Position numbers and translations under genes: made by a program. Below the pieces are notes generated by a model. It saw only the letters and a program-made list of their open reading frames with translations, was not told where the DNA came from and made no database searches. This document shows, one piece after another, positions 26,338 to 39,000 of a stretch of DNA of 64,000 bases; the stretch's first letter is position 1, and every line of letters starts with the position of its first letter. The stretch comes from Octopus sinensis (Eukaryota): positions 30,132,001 to 30,196,000 of the forward strand of contig NC_043012.1 of assembly GCF_006345805.1 (NCBI RefSeq), given 5' to 3'.

Positions 26338-27416
26338 GGATGAGAATGGTTCATTTCGTCAATTAGATTTAAAAATAAAACTACTTATGTTATTGCAATT
26401 TTTCCTTGAAGATTATCAAATTTAATTGAAAATAACTCTTCTTCCTGCCTTCCTTTCATTCTTCACTTGCAAATAAACAAATAAAATAAAGTAGTAATTG
26501 TATAATTGCAGAAACTTTTGATATACTCTACCCACCACCCCTTCTGCATGGTCCTCGACAACATTCACTAATAATAATAATAATAATGATGATGACGATG
26601 ATAATTATAACAATAATAACGATAATCTGTGATCACATGCACCAATAAACTGAAAGGTCAGTAAGTATATCCCAGTAGAGCTAAAACAAGTCTATTCAAT
26701 GGCAACATCTGCTTTAAAAGGTCAAGAAATCAATCATTTTTTGCTCATCAAGATGGTTGCCCCACCACTCTTCTTCGTCCCTCTCACCATCGCTTAGTTT
26801 TGGAAAAAAAGAAATTTATGAAATCACTTTATTTAACTGCATTCTAATGAAAATGATATCGTTAATAATAATGCTTTCAGTTTTGGAGGAGCAAACAAGT
26901 TGATTTCATTGACCTCCACTGCTCCTCAAGTAATAGTTATTTCATTGACCCTGAAGGAATGGAAGGCAATGTTGACTTCAAGAGGATTTGAACTCAGCAT
27001 GTAAAAAACCAGGAGAAAAGCCATTGAAGCATTTTGTTCCACCCACTAACGATTTTGCCATCTCACCACCTTAAGGGTTAATAATGATGATAATGATGAT
27101 AATTCAGACCTACTGACATAGGTAGAAGGACTGAAGTTTGGTGGAGGAGAGAAGTGGATTATATGGACCCTAGTAATTGACTTGTTCTTCATTTTATTAA
27201 CCATCGAGGGACAAAAGGTTTCATGGATCTTGGCAGAATGTGAACTTGGAACAAATGCTGCTGGTTATTTTATCCAACATTCTAACAAGTGAGGGAGGAA
27301 ACAGTCAGGTTGTATTGACAACTGCACAAAGTTGTGATTGGTACTTTTATTCAACCTGCTGAAAATAGCAACAAAAAAATTCCTCAAATCACACCCAACA
27401 CTTTTTTTAAATGTGG

Positions 27417-28411
27417 CATCATCATCATCGTTTAACGTCCGTTCTCCATGCTAGCATGAGTTAGACGGTTTGATCGGGGATCTGGGAAGCCAGAAGGCTG
27501 CACCAGGCTCCAGTCTGATCTGGCAGTGTTTCTACAGCTGGATGCCCTTTCACTCCGTGAGTGTAGTGGGTGCTTTTTACGTGCCACCTGCACAGGTGCC
27601 AGGCGAGGCTGGCAATGGCCACGATCAGATTGGTGCATTTTACGTGCCACCGGCATGGAAGCCAGTCAAGGCGGTACTGGCATCGGCCACGATTCAGATG
27701 GTGCTTTTTACGTGCCACCGGCATGGAAGCCAGTCAAGGCGGTACTGGCATCGGCCACGATTCAGATGGTGCTTTTTACGTGCCACCGGCACAGGGATCA
27801 TATTGCAGTTTCCATTGATTTTGATGTTGGTGTACTTGACTCAATAGGTCTCCTCAAGCACAGGGTCAAAATGGTGTTTCTTCACTTGCCACCTGCACAG
27901 GAGTCAGTCCAGCAGTCCTGGCAACTGCCAGGTGCCAGTCATAGGATTGGTTCAATTTCGATTCCGATTTCACTTGCCCCAACAGGTCTTTGCAAGCAGA
28001 GTTTAGTGTCCAATGAAGGGAGGTTGGCATGGGTGCCAGTCGTCGGATGAGGTTCGATTTCGACTTTGCTTGCCTCAACAGGTCTTTGTGTGTCCAAGGG
28101 AGGAAAGACATGCATAAGTGGGCTGGACTCACTTGTCCTGCCGGGTCTTCTCACGCACAGCATATTTCCAAAAGTCTCGGTCGCTAGTCATTGCCTCGGT
28201 GAGGCTTAAAGTTTGAAGGTCGTGCTTCACCACCTCGTCCCAGGTTTTCCTGGGTCTACCTCTTCCATGGGTTCCCTCAACTGCTAGGGATTGGCACTTT
28301 TTCACACACCTATCTTCATCCATTCTCGCCACATGACCATACCAGCACAATCGTCTCTCTTGCACACCACAGCTGATGCTTTCTCTCAAGGTACTAACAC
28401 TCTGTTGAGTA
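27417..28411 (-). mobile_element. RTE LINE, 5'-truncated (~1 kb: ORF C-terminus + 3' UTR)
   Basis: ORF 28129-28389 QERRLCWYGHV...GRGRPRKTW; (CAT)n tail at 27417-27430; closely similar to 38150-39171. Confidence 0.92.
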
Positions 28412-28791
28412 GTAGTCCTAGATAACCAAAGACTGAAAGGAAGACGGAATGGTTATGGTGAGAATGGTTTTCATCATAGACTTATTCAATTAAGGTTAAC
28501 CACCTGCTATGTACTTATTGCTTTGTCTTGGGTCTCCAATTCCTCGTAGGGTTGTTGGGAGTGATGTGTGATATGTTGGGTCTTGGGTGTCTGAGCCTGC
28601 TGGAGCTGCACCTCTCTCTCTCTCTCTCGAATTAGTCCCCCCCCTTCCAGTACTGGCCTAATAAATACTTTATTGAGACCTTGAAGGGACAAAAGACAAA
28701 ATTGGGATGCAAGGAGCTAGAATAAATACCACAAGGTATTTTATTTGCTCTTAATGATTCTGCCAATTCTTCACTTGATACACATTGATAG

Positions 28792-29654
28792 TGTTATGCT
28801 GCCACTCAGGCCCAAGGCCTTTCGATTCCACCATGGGCCCTAAGTCATGACAATGACACTCAGTAAACCAGAAATCCACCACGGGAAGGGGTAAGGTGGC
28901 AAATGCAGCCAGGAACCAACGCAACAACAAAAGAAAGAGATATACACAGGCGTTGCCTAATTCAGCAATTTTTTTTTAACAAAGCCAAAGCATTCACAAC
29001 AAAGGTTAACAACATAATACAGAGTTTGAAAAACACAATGTTCACAATCAACAGTCTCTTAGAGTTCCACTTTCCTCTTTTTTTAACACAACAATTCTCA
29101 AAAGTTCCTTCTGCTTTTTTTTAAAAAACATTTCCAGGTTCTTTTTTTTTCCTTTTCTTTTCAACGGTTACATCAGAGCCTCTTTCTTTTTTTCATTTCA
29201 ACAACACATCGTCTCTTCTCTTCTTTTCTTTTAAACATTTACATTTAAGCAAACACAACGTTTTTCTTTTTTTCATTTGAACATCAAAATTCAAAACACA
29301 AATAAAAACATTACTGCATGTTCCACGCCTGCAACACTCCCTGAATATCACAACCCCCACTATAGTAGTTCAGCTTCTTTATATATTTCTCTCTACCCCT
29401 GTCACTGTCATCTTCCTTACTACCTCTCGTCCTGTCATCTCTCACACTGACTGTCTGTCTCTCTCTAGACCACGCTGCCCCTTTGTCCAGTGGACGCTCA
29501 CACTGACCGCCTGTCTCCCTCTCACTACTGTCTCTCGCTGACTGACCCTTTAACTTAATGCTACTCATATATATAACGTCGTCCCAGCATTTTTATTTTT
29601 TTTAACTTTCCGTGACCGTATAGGGCCATAGGTCAGTGCCTAGGGCCATTAATA
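28792..29654. mobile_element. Possible solo LTR
   Basis: Starts TGTTATG and ends CATTAATA (degenerate TG...CA inverted ends). Flanks ATAG/ATCG may be a 4-bp TSD with one mismatch. TATA-like motif near 29567. Composition differs from the flanks. Confidence 0.3.
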
Positions 29655-31498
29655 ATCGTGCTCTTTGACAGGACAAAGGAAATACCATTGTCCTGAACAG
29701 CTGGAGTGCTGGTTCGATTCCAACTAATGGAACAAGGGGCATAATATTTTTTTGTTCGTTTACATTTCCCTCGTGTCCGTAACAATAGATTGACTTTGAA
29801 GAGATGAAAAGAAAATGAACTTCATTAGGTTTTGAACTCAGAACTGTTACCAGTCCAGTGATTGAAACGAGTGAAAGAGAATAAAAGGAGAAGCTGAAAA
29901 GTGATGACTCATGTGTTTCTGAATCTCCCCCCCCCCACACACACACACACATTGATGATGGTGATGGTGGCAATATGCGTATGGTTGGGTGTAGCATCAT
30001 CAGTTTTGCTCCGAGTGTCCCAATTGTTTGATCAGTGGTGCCACATACAGACTATATTATTTAACTGAGTATTCTACTGGCCATTCTACTCATAATGCAG
30101 GTTCAAAGTGACATGGGTGATCTTTTAAATTTTTCAGTTTCCATCTTCCCGACTTAACTCCCAAGCCCTGTGTTGATTCAGTTATAGTCTCAAGTACTTG
30201 TACCCAGGGATCAAACAGAGCCTTGTTACTGGGAAGCAATCTTGTCAACCACTTGCTTAAGTGTTCTCTAGAGAAAATTAAATGCCATGCTACCATTTCT
30301 TTACTTGATTATATCTATTGTGAATTCCATGCAATAAAGGGCTGTGTCCCTTTCTCTTCCCCTCAATCTTAAAAAATTTCCCATGAGGATAGTTGTGATT
30401 TTGTAGAAGCAGTGGAATATTGCACTTAATATCTTTTACCTTTTAGTTTAGCTCCTTTGCATTCCGGACTCAAATCTTCTGGGCTGGAGGTCAGTAAACT
30501 ATGCCACTTCCTTTCTCTTGTATATTTGTGGCAACATGGGAAATATTTATTTTTCTAATTAACTGAAGGCAGTGAAATGGTAGAATCAGTTGACTAACAA
30601 ATGTTTTGTGGTATTTTGCTATGTCTCACATTCAGAGATTAGACCCTATTAATTTTGACTTTCTTTTGATGATCATTTTGATGTGTTGTTAATTTTATCT
30701 CTAGAAATATTCTGCAATGAGGGAGTTCTAAGTTGTTGTCCACATGGAAAAGTGTGTCTATGACTAGTGCTTGGGGTTTTTCTCTTCTAGATGATTAAGT
30801 TTGGCAAAAATATTCCATAAAGATTTTTACTGTTTATACAGTTTTGTTCCTTAAACTTTCCTTGTCCACCTCCTCTTCACCTATTTGCTGTAACCTGTAT
30901 TTTTTTTACACCCATTTTATATACACTGATGTTTTTTTATCCAACTTAAAACCTTGTTCTAAACAAGTGCACTCCATCATCTTTAAATCTCTTTAGAGTC
31001 CTCCATCTGATTCCACATATCTCTGCAATTAATCTTCAAGTTTGCCATTAATTGGTATATCTGAAGTAAGATCTCATCATCTTGTCAATTCAAGTAGTTC
31101 TTTTACAGTTAATGACACAACTCTTTCAATCAACAAAATCAATTTTTTCCGCTTATATATCAGGATTGAGCAATGATTTTAAAAAGCTATTAAAAACAAG
31201 AAAAAATACTGGTTTTAAATTATTATTTTAGGGGTTGTAAATTGAGAGTGTTGGACCAAATTCCTTGTGGTATTTAGTGACTCCATTTTATAATCAAAGT
31301 TCTAATCTTCACCGTGTTCAATAAAATAAATACCAGTGTGATACTGAGGTTAACTTTGCCTTTTATTCCTCCAGGATCAATAAAATAAAGCACCACTCAT
31401 GTTCTGAAGTTGATCGTTTCAACTAATTCACTTCCCTTAAAGTTGCTGGCTTTGTGCTTAAATTAAAATCAATTAGTTGGACAATAATTATTATAGAT

Positions 31499-31564
31499 GC
31501 ATGTGGTGTGGTTAAGATCTCTTTGCAACAAGCATGTGGTGTGGTTAAGATCTCTTTGCAACAA
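31499..31564. repeat. Perfect 33-bp tandem duplication of a SINE-head fragment
   Basis: GCATGTGGTGTGGTTAAGATCTCTTTGCAACAA x2. Confidence 0.85.
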
Positions 31565-31782
31565 CCATGTGGTTGAATTATATTAGGAGATGTTTGTACA
31601 GAAAATATCTTGCAAAAATTATGCTGTTTAACTGAATGTATTTTCTGTAAAATATGCCTTGGACCTTGCAGAGTTTATCTGTGTTTTGTATATAATCCTT
31701 GCTGTGGTTTCTACATGTCTGATCAGATTCTTTATTATCCAGGAGCAAGTATGGCTGTAGAGGTGTAATTGTGACTACAGAT

Positions 31783-32169
31783 AGGCAGGTGTGGCTGTGT
31801 TGTTAAGGTGTTTGCTTCCCAACCACATATGGTTTTGGGTTCATTTCCACTGTGTGATACTTCGGTTGAGTGTTTTCTACTAAAGCCTCTGACTGGTAGA
31901 TTTGGTAGACAGAAACTGAAAGAAGCCTATTGTTTGTATGCTAATGTTGTCTTGTCTTGACATCATATGATTGTTGTAAATGAGTGTCACTGTCCTACAA
32001 GCAGTGTCATTCATTTCTGTGAAAACATGTCCAGCCATGGGTAAAATATTACCCTGTTTGGAAACAGGTGAGGATTGGTGACAAAAAGGTATCTGACTGC
32101 AGAACATCTGCCTTGATAAACTCCAGCTTATGCATGCCTGGTAAAGTGGGCATTAATATGAGGATGATG
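31783..32169 (+). mobile_element. SINE with family-1 tRNA head and RTE-derived 3' tail
   Basis: Head GGCAGGTGTGGCTGTGTTGTTAAG...GGTTCATTTCC. Tail GGATTGGTGACAAAAAGGTATCTGACTGCAGAACA...CATGCCTGGTAAAGTGGGCATTAATATGAGGATGATGA parallels the RTE 3' end. Similar copies at 45883-46270 (+) and 52490-52945 (-). Confidence 0.7.
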
Positions 32170-32327
32170 ACACAGTGCACCAACCATTCTTGGTACCATA
32201 TTCTCATACCTACAACCTGCTTATTTCCATTTTGAGGTCCAAATATTTTAGTATTTATTTTAAAATTATTATTTTTATCTCATTTAATATTATTAATAAT
32301 GTTTTGTCTTTTGTCTCTCTTCCACAG

Positions 32328-32414
32328 GCACATATGAAGTTTCCTTCAGATTATCCATATTCTCCTCCTAGTGTTCAGTTTAAATCAAGAATGTGGCACC
32401 CAAATGTTTATGAG
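32328..32414 (+). CDS. UBE2R2: Ubiquitin-conjugating enzyme E2 R (CDC34/UBE2R2), internal coding exon (probably exon 2): AHMKFPSDYPYSPPSVQFKSRMWHPNVYE
   Basis: Polypyrimidine tract and CAG acceptor at 32325-32327, GT donor at 32415. 87 nt, phase 0-0. Carries the E2 FPxDYPYSPP and WHPN motifs. Confidence 0.95.
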
Positions 32415-32447
32415 GTTTGTGGCATAAGTATTGTTTTATTTTCCTTT

Positions 32448-32486
<39 letters not shown>

Positions 32487-35122
32487 TACTTAATGAAGAA
32501 GTATTATTGAATTACATAAAGTGGTAACTTCCTGAGTCTCCATTTCTGTATGGCCACCAGATGTTGGTGTAGGACTTTAGGGAGATTTGGGGAAAATGAA
32601 TGTCTCGGTGTCGACGTTTTGGTTGTTGTGTCGAGGCTCACATACATGTGAACATGTACACCCACAAGAACTTGTGAACATGCAAACACACATTTGTGCA
32701 TATATATACATATATATGCACATGTGTGCGTATACTTATACACCCCTATGCATGCACACACACTTATGTATACATTACACACACACACACACACTTGTAC
32801 ACATTCATTCCAAATAATTTTTCATCACTTTCAGTATTTTGGTTAAAGAATCTATTGTTTTAAGCATGCTAACCACACATACTCACCTGCATACATAGGA
32901 CAGGTATGTACCTGAATACTTCAAGCTCTCAAGGAAGAATACATTAGTATAGAAGGATAGTAACACAAGGAAGGACCTACTGATGTAGTTCCTCATTGCT
33001 TTCCTCAGGCCCATGGCAGTGGTAGACTCAATTCCGCACCCCATGATAGCTGTTTGTGAAGTGCATGGATCAAGTGTTAACTTTATTTTGTTGTTGTTTG
33101 CTATGAACACACGGCTCAGCACAAGTGAAGGACGAAGGGAAGAGGTGCAAACTGTCGACACCTCATACTTAGTAGAGCGATACCATTATTTCAGCTGAAT
33201 GTAACTGCTGTAGTCTTCCATTCTGGAAGAAAGGGAACCTTTATGCAGCTGCTGAACTTCCTAGACATAACAGCCTAAAGAACATAGGTGCTGTTGAATA
33301 ATGTAGTCCTTGACACATTGTCTGAAGAAGAGACTGGACTGGCATCAGTTGGCTTCTGTGTTCAAATCTAGGTCAGGTCTTCTGCTGTGTTTCTGGACCA
33401 GACACTTCAGTTCATTCTATGTGAGTTTGACATTGGCCTCACTATGCAGCATGTTGGATCTTTTACTATATCCCTGGGTCAGTCAGTGTCTTATAAGGGA
33501 ACTTGGCAGATGGAAACTGTAAGAAGCCTGTTGTATATTTGTGTATGAATAAATGGTGAATGAATTTTTTTCCTTATAGATTATATTTCAGATTATATTA
33601 TATAAGCCTTAATGGCTTCTTTTTTTATAACAATTATTTTATGGAGGACATCCAATGATGGAGATGGCAATAACTTGCACCCTTCTTATCAGGTCCTATC
33701 TCAGCTTCTGTTGATTGAAATTGAAAACCATCAGAGAAATACAAAGAAACATGTTCTGTACATTTCCTAAAATTCGAATAATATAGTTTGAAATAATGTG
33801 AAACTCCATGAAAAACCATCAGCTCTTAGGAGTCCCATGGTATGCAAAGCGTTCAAGATGTCTATATGTATGAGGAGTTGTAGTATACTTTTTTTGACTT
33901 AGGTTTTCTTAAGAAATAAACAAAACCAAAACGTTAGTGTTCCTTCAAGTGATGCCATTCCAATCTTGCTACATGTGTTGCCAAGCAGCAATTGTATTGA
34001 AATCCAACACAATAGGACACACCCCAGTTGAGTCAAACAGATGTCGTTCTCTACTTAAGAAATGTTTTCTGAAAGTTTTTAGATTCTGTATGACAATCAT
34101 TTGAAATGTTAGGGAATGTTACAATGGCTATTCATTAAAATGTTTCTATTGAAACTCTGTGGATTCAGGTTCAATTCTTTATTGATTCAGTCTTCTCCAA
34201 TTTTAACATACCTCTCCAGCAAACCTAAAGGAGAGGGACTCTAACTCCTTTAATCAAATTGTCATGTACGGCTCAATAACCCCTTCATCGAATTGTCAAC
34301 CAGGATTAGTAATCCCCTTTATAAAACTATCAAATAGGCTCAATGATTCCTTTATCAACCCTTGGTCAGACTTAGTAACATCTTAATCAACTGATATAGT
34401 CTCCAGTTTATTAGCAGCAGGACATTTTGTTTTTCTTTGGAAAGTTTAAAGGTGACTTGGTATTTGAAGTTTGCACACTGGATGTCAGTAAAATATCTAG
34501 TCTGGTGTCTGTACCAACTGCTCTTGAAGAAGCCATTAAGGAGTTTCAACATGCTAGACAAAGCAGTTAAATTTCATTTATTACATCCTACTGTTTCAAA
34601 AAAAAAAAATGATAAACAAAACATGTTGGATGTTGTAGTTGTAGATCCTGTCTTAAAAAGATTGGCAACACAGCCCCCTTTGCCTTCAAATTACATCATA
34701 CAACCCAAAGAAGGAGGACACTTATACAATATAGTTCTCAGTATATTAACTACGAGATGAGGCAGTCATGACAAGAATGTCTTCCTGTCATAGGTCTTCT
34801 GGATCAGGATTGACTCGGGGTTAAACAACATTACCCACATTTATGTCCTTCCCCGCTCTCCTTCACATGACCTAATCTTGAATAATTTATACAACTTTAT
34901 TTCTTTTTCTGAAATATCTCAGTATATTTCTGTGCAATGTTTAAAAAATAGTTTAACCCTGGGGGGAGGTGGTGTTGAATGTCTTATCTTCAATTCCCTT
35001 ATTTCTTTAGTTTGTTTTGCCTCCCTACTACAACTGATGGAATTTTATTCATTTATTCAAACATCTGTTTATTTTATTTTAGTTTTCTCCTTCTTATTCT
35101 CCTACTCTTCCTCTTTTTCTTC

Positions 35123-35161
<39 letters not shown>

Positions 35162-36020
35162 CATCAATGGAGTTCTCTCATCTCGGTTGTTATTATAAAA
35201 CTAAAACATCCAAGTCCCTTAATTCTTCTGTGTTATATCACTCTGTCATTCTAGAGCAAATATTTCTGGACTGTCTCATAATATTTGGAGAAAGTAAAAT
35301 AATGAAAAAACAGCATTGTTGTTGTTGTTTAGTGGCAGGAAGAAAGTCTTGTCTGGGAGGATGTGTAGAGCCATGATTGGTGAGGAGATTGGAATGAGAG
35401 ATATGAGAGAAATAACTTAATAATGAGAAAATGAAATTTTATATGAGAAGTAGAGAATTTATGAATTAATTTGAGATAACAAAATATTTCCAGCTTTGTT
35501 GCAGGTTTTAAAGCAAGGTTAAATATTTTTATTTATCTTGTCTGTCTATAGTATGTATGTGTGCGTATGTTTGTATGTATGTGTGGTTGATAACCTTGAG
35601 AAAGTCATAAATATTGCATAGCCTTGTTCATTACTAACAAATCAGAGACCTTATGTCTCTGTAGAATAATTGTATGAGTGGTAACTCTAATCAATAGGGC
35701 TGATAAAACAAGTACTGAGCTCAATATAATCAATCATATCATCCTCACATAATTTGTGGCATTGCAATTATTATTATTATTGTTGTTGTTGTTGTTGTTA
35801 TGGTGAGCTGGCAGAGTCATTAGTGTGCCAGGCAAAATGCCAAGTGGTATTTCTCCTGGCTCTTTACAATCTGAGCTCAAATCCTATTGAGTTAAATGTT
35901 GCCTTTCTTCCTTTTTGGGGTTGAAAAAATTATGGTTGATGTAACCGACTTAGCCCCACCTCCGAAAACTGCTGGCCTTGTGTCCAAAGTTGGAAACCAT
36001 TATTATTATTATTATTATTT

Positions 36021-39000
36021 GGCAGACACACTAGCCAAATTGACTATATCCTTGCCAGAAAAAGGAAAAGAGGGCTGCTTATAAATGCCAAAACCTTCCC
36101 AGGCGAAGAATGTACCCCTCAATATAGATTAGTAGTTAGCAACTTCAGGACCAAGGCTGAATGGATGCCCAGAAGAAGACCAGATGGAGGAGAAGGGTCT
36201 AGAAACTTAAAGATCCCGTAAATGGGCAGAGATTTAGAGACGTATTACTCGAAGCCTTTGATGAAATAGAAGGGGATATAGCATCACATAATGTGGAAGA
36301 CAACTGGAGGTTTCTACGGGACAACCTGCTGAGAGCCACTGACCAGATCTGTGGATGGTGCAAAGTCCCCTCTCAACCTAAGGTAATGTGATGGTGGAAC
36401 AATGTGGTTGACAGGGCTATTAGACAAAAGAAACAGGCTTGGAAGGACTGGAAGAACGGAGGTAGCAGGGAATTGTATCAGACTGCCAGAAGGGAAGCTA
36501 GGAGACAGGTTTATTTAGCCAGAGGGGAAGCAGATAAGGAAAAATTTGCCAATGTTCTGCACCGTGAGGATGAATAACTTGAGGTATTTCATGTTGCAAG
36601 ACCGTGTGTGAGAGAGAATCGTGATGTGGTAGGAGAGAAATGTGTTCGCATGGATGATGGTTCACTTGCGCTAAATGAGGATGCAAAGAGAGAGGTATTG
36701 AGATGCCACTATGAAAGGTTGCTGAATAAAGAAAATGAATGGGATAAAGAGAGTCTGCCGAATGTTGACCCAACAGAGGAACCAGCTATCTGAGTTGACA
36801 GTTCCTTGGTAGTTAAGGCAATTAGAAGCATGAAGACAGGGAAAGCCCCAGGCCCATCATGAATTACTGCAGAGATGCTCAAAATATCTGGCAGTGTCGG
36901 CTATAGCCTAGTCACCTGTATAGTTAACCAGGTGATACACGAAGGAGTCATACCCAATGACTGGTGCAGCAGCATAATAGTCAACTGCTACAAAGGTAAA
37001 GGTGATGCCTTAGATACAAATAATTACAGAGGTATCAAGCTGCTGGATCAAGTAATGAAGGTCACGGAGAGGGTCATAGCCCAACTAATTAGAGAGAGAG
37101 AGTCAGTTTAGATGAAATGCAGTTTGGTTTCGTGCCAGGGAAAAGCACCACTGATGCTATATTCCTGGTAAGACAGCTGCAGGAGAAATACCTAGCCAAA
37201 GATAAACCTCTGTACCTGGCTTTCGTTGACATGGAGAAAGCCTTTGACAGGGTTTCTTGATCCCTTATCTGGTGGTCAATGAGGAAACTAGGGATAGATG
37301 AATGGTTAGTGAGATCTGTGCGAGCAATGTACAGGGATGCTGTTAGTAAGGTAAGGGTTGGCAACGAGTACAGTGAAAAATTCTGGGTAGAGGTAGGAGT
37401 CCACCAAAGTTCAGTCCTCAGCCCCCTCCTATTTATCATAGTTCTCCAGGCAATAACAGAGGAATTCAAGACTGGGTGCCCCTGGGAGCTCCTCTATGCT
37501 GACAACCTTGCTCTAATTGCTGAGTCACTATCAGAACTGGAGAAGTTTCAGGTGTGGAAGTAAGGACTAGAGTTGAAGGGCCTTAGAGTCAACCTAGCTA
37601 AAACAAAAGTCCTAATAAGTAGGAAGGTAGACAAACCACAAACGCCTTCAGGTAGATGTCCCTCTCGATCTGTAGAAAAGGCGTAGGTAGAAACTCTATA
37701 AGATGTACCCAGTGTAAGCTATGGACACATAAGAGGTGCAGCAATGTCAAAGGAAGGCTAACTGGGAAGATAGTTTTTGTATGTAGCAGATGCTCAGTAG
37801 CAATAAACACTGAAAATGTGCAGAGACCAACTTCCGCCACATTCCAGGGAGAAAAACTAGAAGTAGTTGATAGCTTCTGTTACCTAGGTGACCAAGTCAG
37901 TAGCGGGGGGGCTGAAATTGTAACTGCTAGATTAAGAATAGCCTGGGCAAAGTTCAGAGAGCTCTTACCTCTGCTGGTGACAAAGGGCCTCTCGCTCAGA
38001 GTAAAAGGCAGACTGTATAACGCATGTGTACAAACAGCCATGCTGCATGGCAGTGAAACATGGGCTATGACTGCTGAGGACATGCATAAGCTCACGAGGA
38101 ATGAAGCCAGTATGCTCTGATGGATGTGTAATGTCAGTGTACGTACTTGACAGAGTGTAAGTACCTTGAGAGAAAAGTTAGATCTAAGAAGCATCAGCTG
38201 TGGTATGCAAAAGACGATTGCACTGGTATGGTCATGTGGCGAGAATGGCTGAAGATCGGTGTGTGAAAAAGTGCCAATCCCTAGCAGTTGAGGGAACCCG
38301 TGAAAGAGGTAGACCCAGGAAAACCTGGGACGAAGTGGTGAAGCACGACCTTCAAACATTAGGCCTCACCGAGGCAATGACTAGTGACCGAGACCTTTGG
38401 AAATATGCAGTGCGTGAGAAGACCTGGCAGGACATGTGAGTCCATCCCGTGTCCTTTGCCAGGGATGTAGCCAGCCCACTTATGCATGCCTTTCCTTCCT
38501 TGGACACGCGAAGATCTGTTGAGGCAAGTCTAGTCGAAATTGAATTCAAAATCGAACCTCATCCGACAACTGGCACCGATGCCAACCTCCCTTCATTGGA
38601 CACTAAACTCTGCTTGTGAAGACCTGTTGGGGCAAGTGAAATCGGAATCGAAATTGACCCAATCCTATGACTGGCACCCGGCAGTTGCCTGTGCAGGTGG
38701 CAAGTAAAGAAACACCGTTTCGACCCTGTGCTTGAGGAGACCTATTGAGTGAAGTACATCAACATCAAAAATCAATGGAAATTGTAGTTGTGATCCCTGT
38801 GCCAGTGGCACGTAAATAGCACCATGCGAACGTGGCCGATGCCTGTGCCGCCTCGACTGGCTTCCGTGCCGGTGGCACGTAAAAAGCACCATCTGAATGT
38901 GGCCAATGCCAGTACCGCCTTGACTGGCTTCCATGCTGGTGGCATGTAAAAAGCACCAATCCGATTGTGGCCGTTGCCAGCCTTGCCTGGCACGTAAAAA

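Noticed and set aside
27630-27795. Pistol, twister or HDV ribozyme assignment for the 3' UTR module
   Set aside because: The hairpin plus A-rich linker superficially recalls pistol P1, but P2/P3 and the catalytic motifs are missing. No twister or HDV topology could be fitted by eye.
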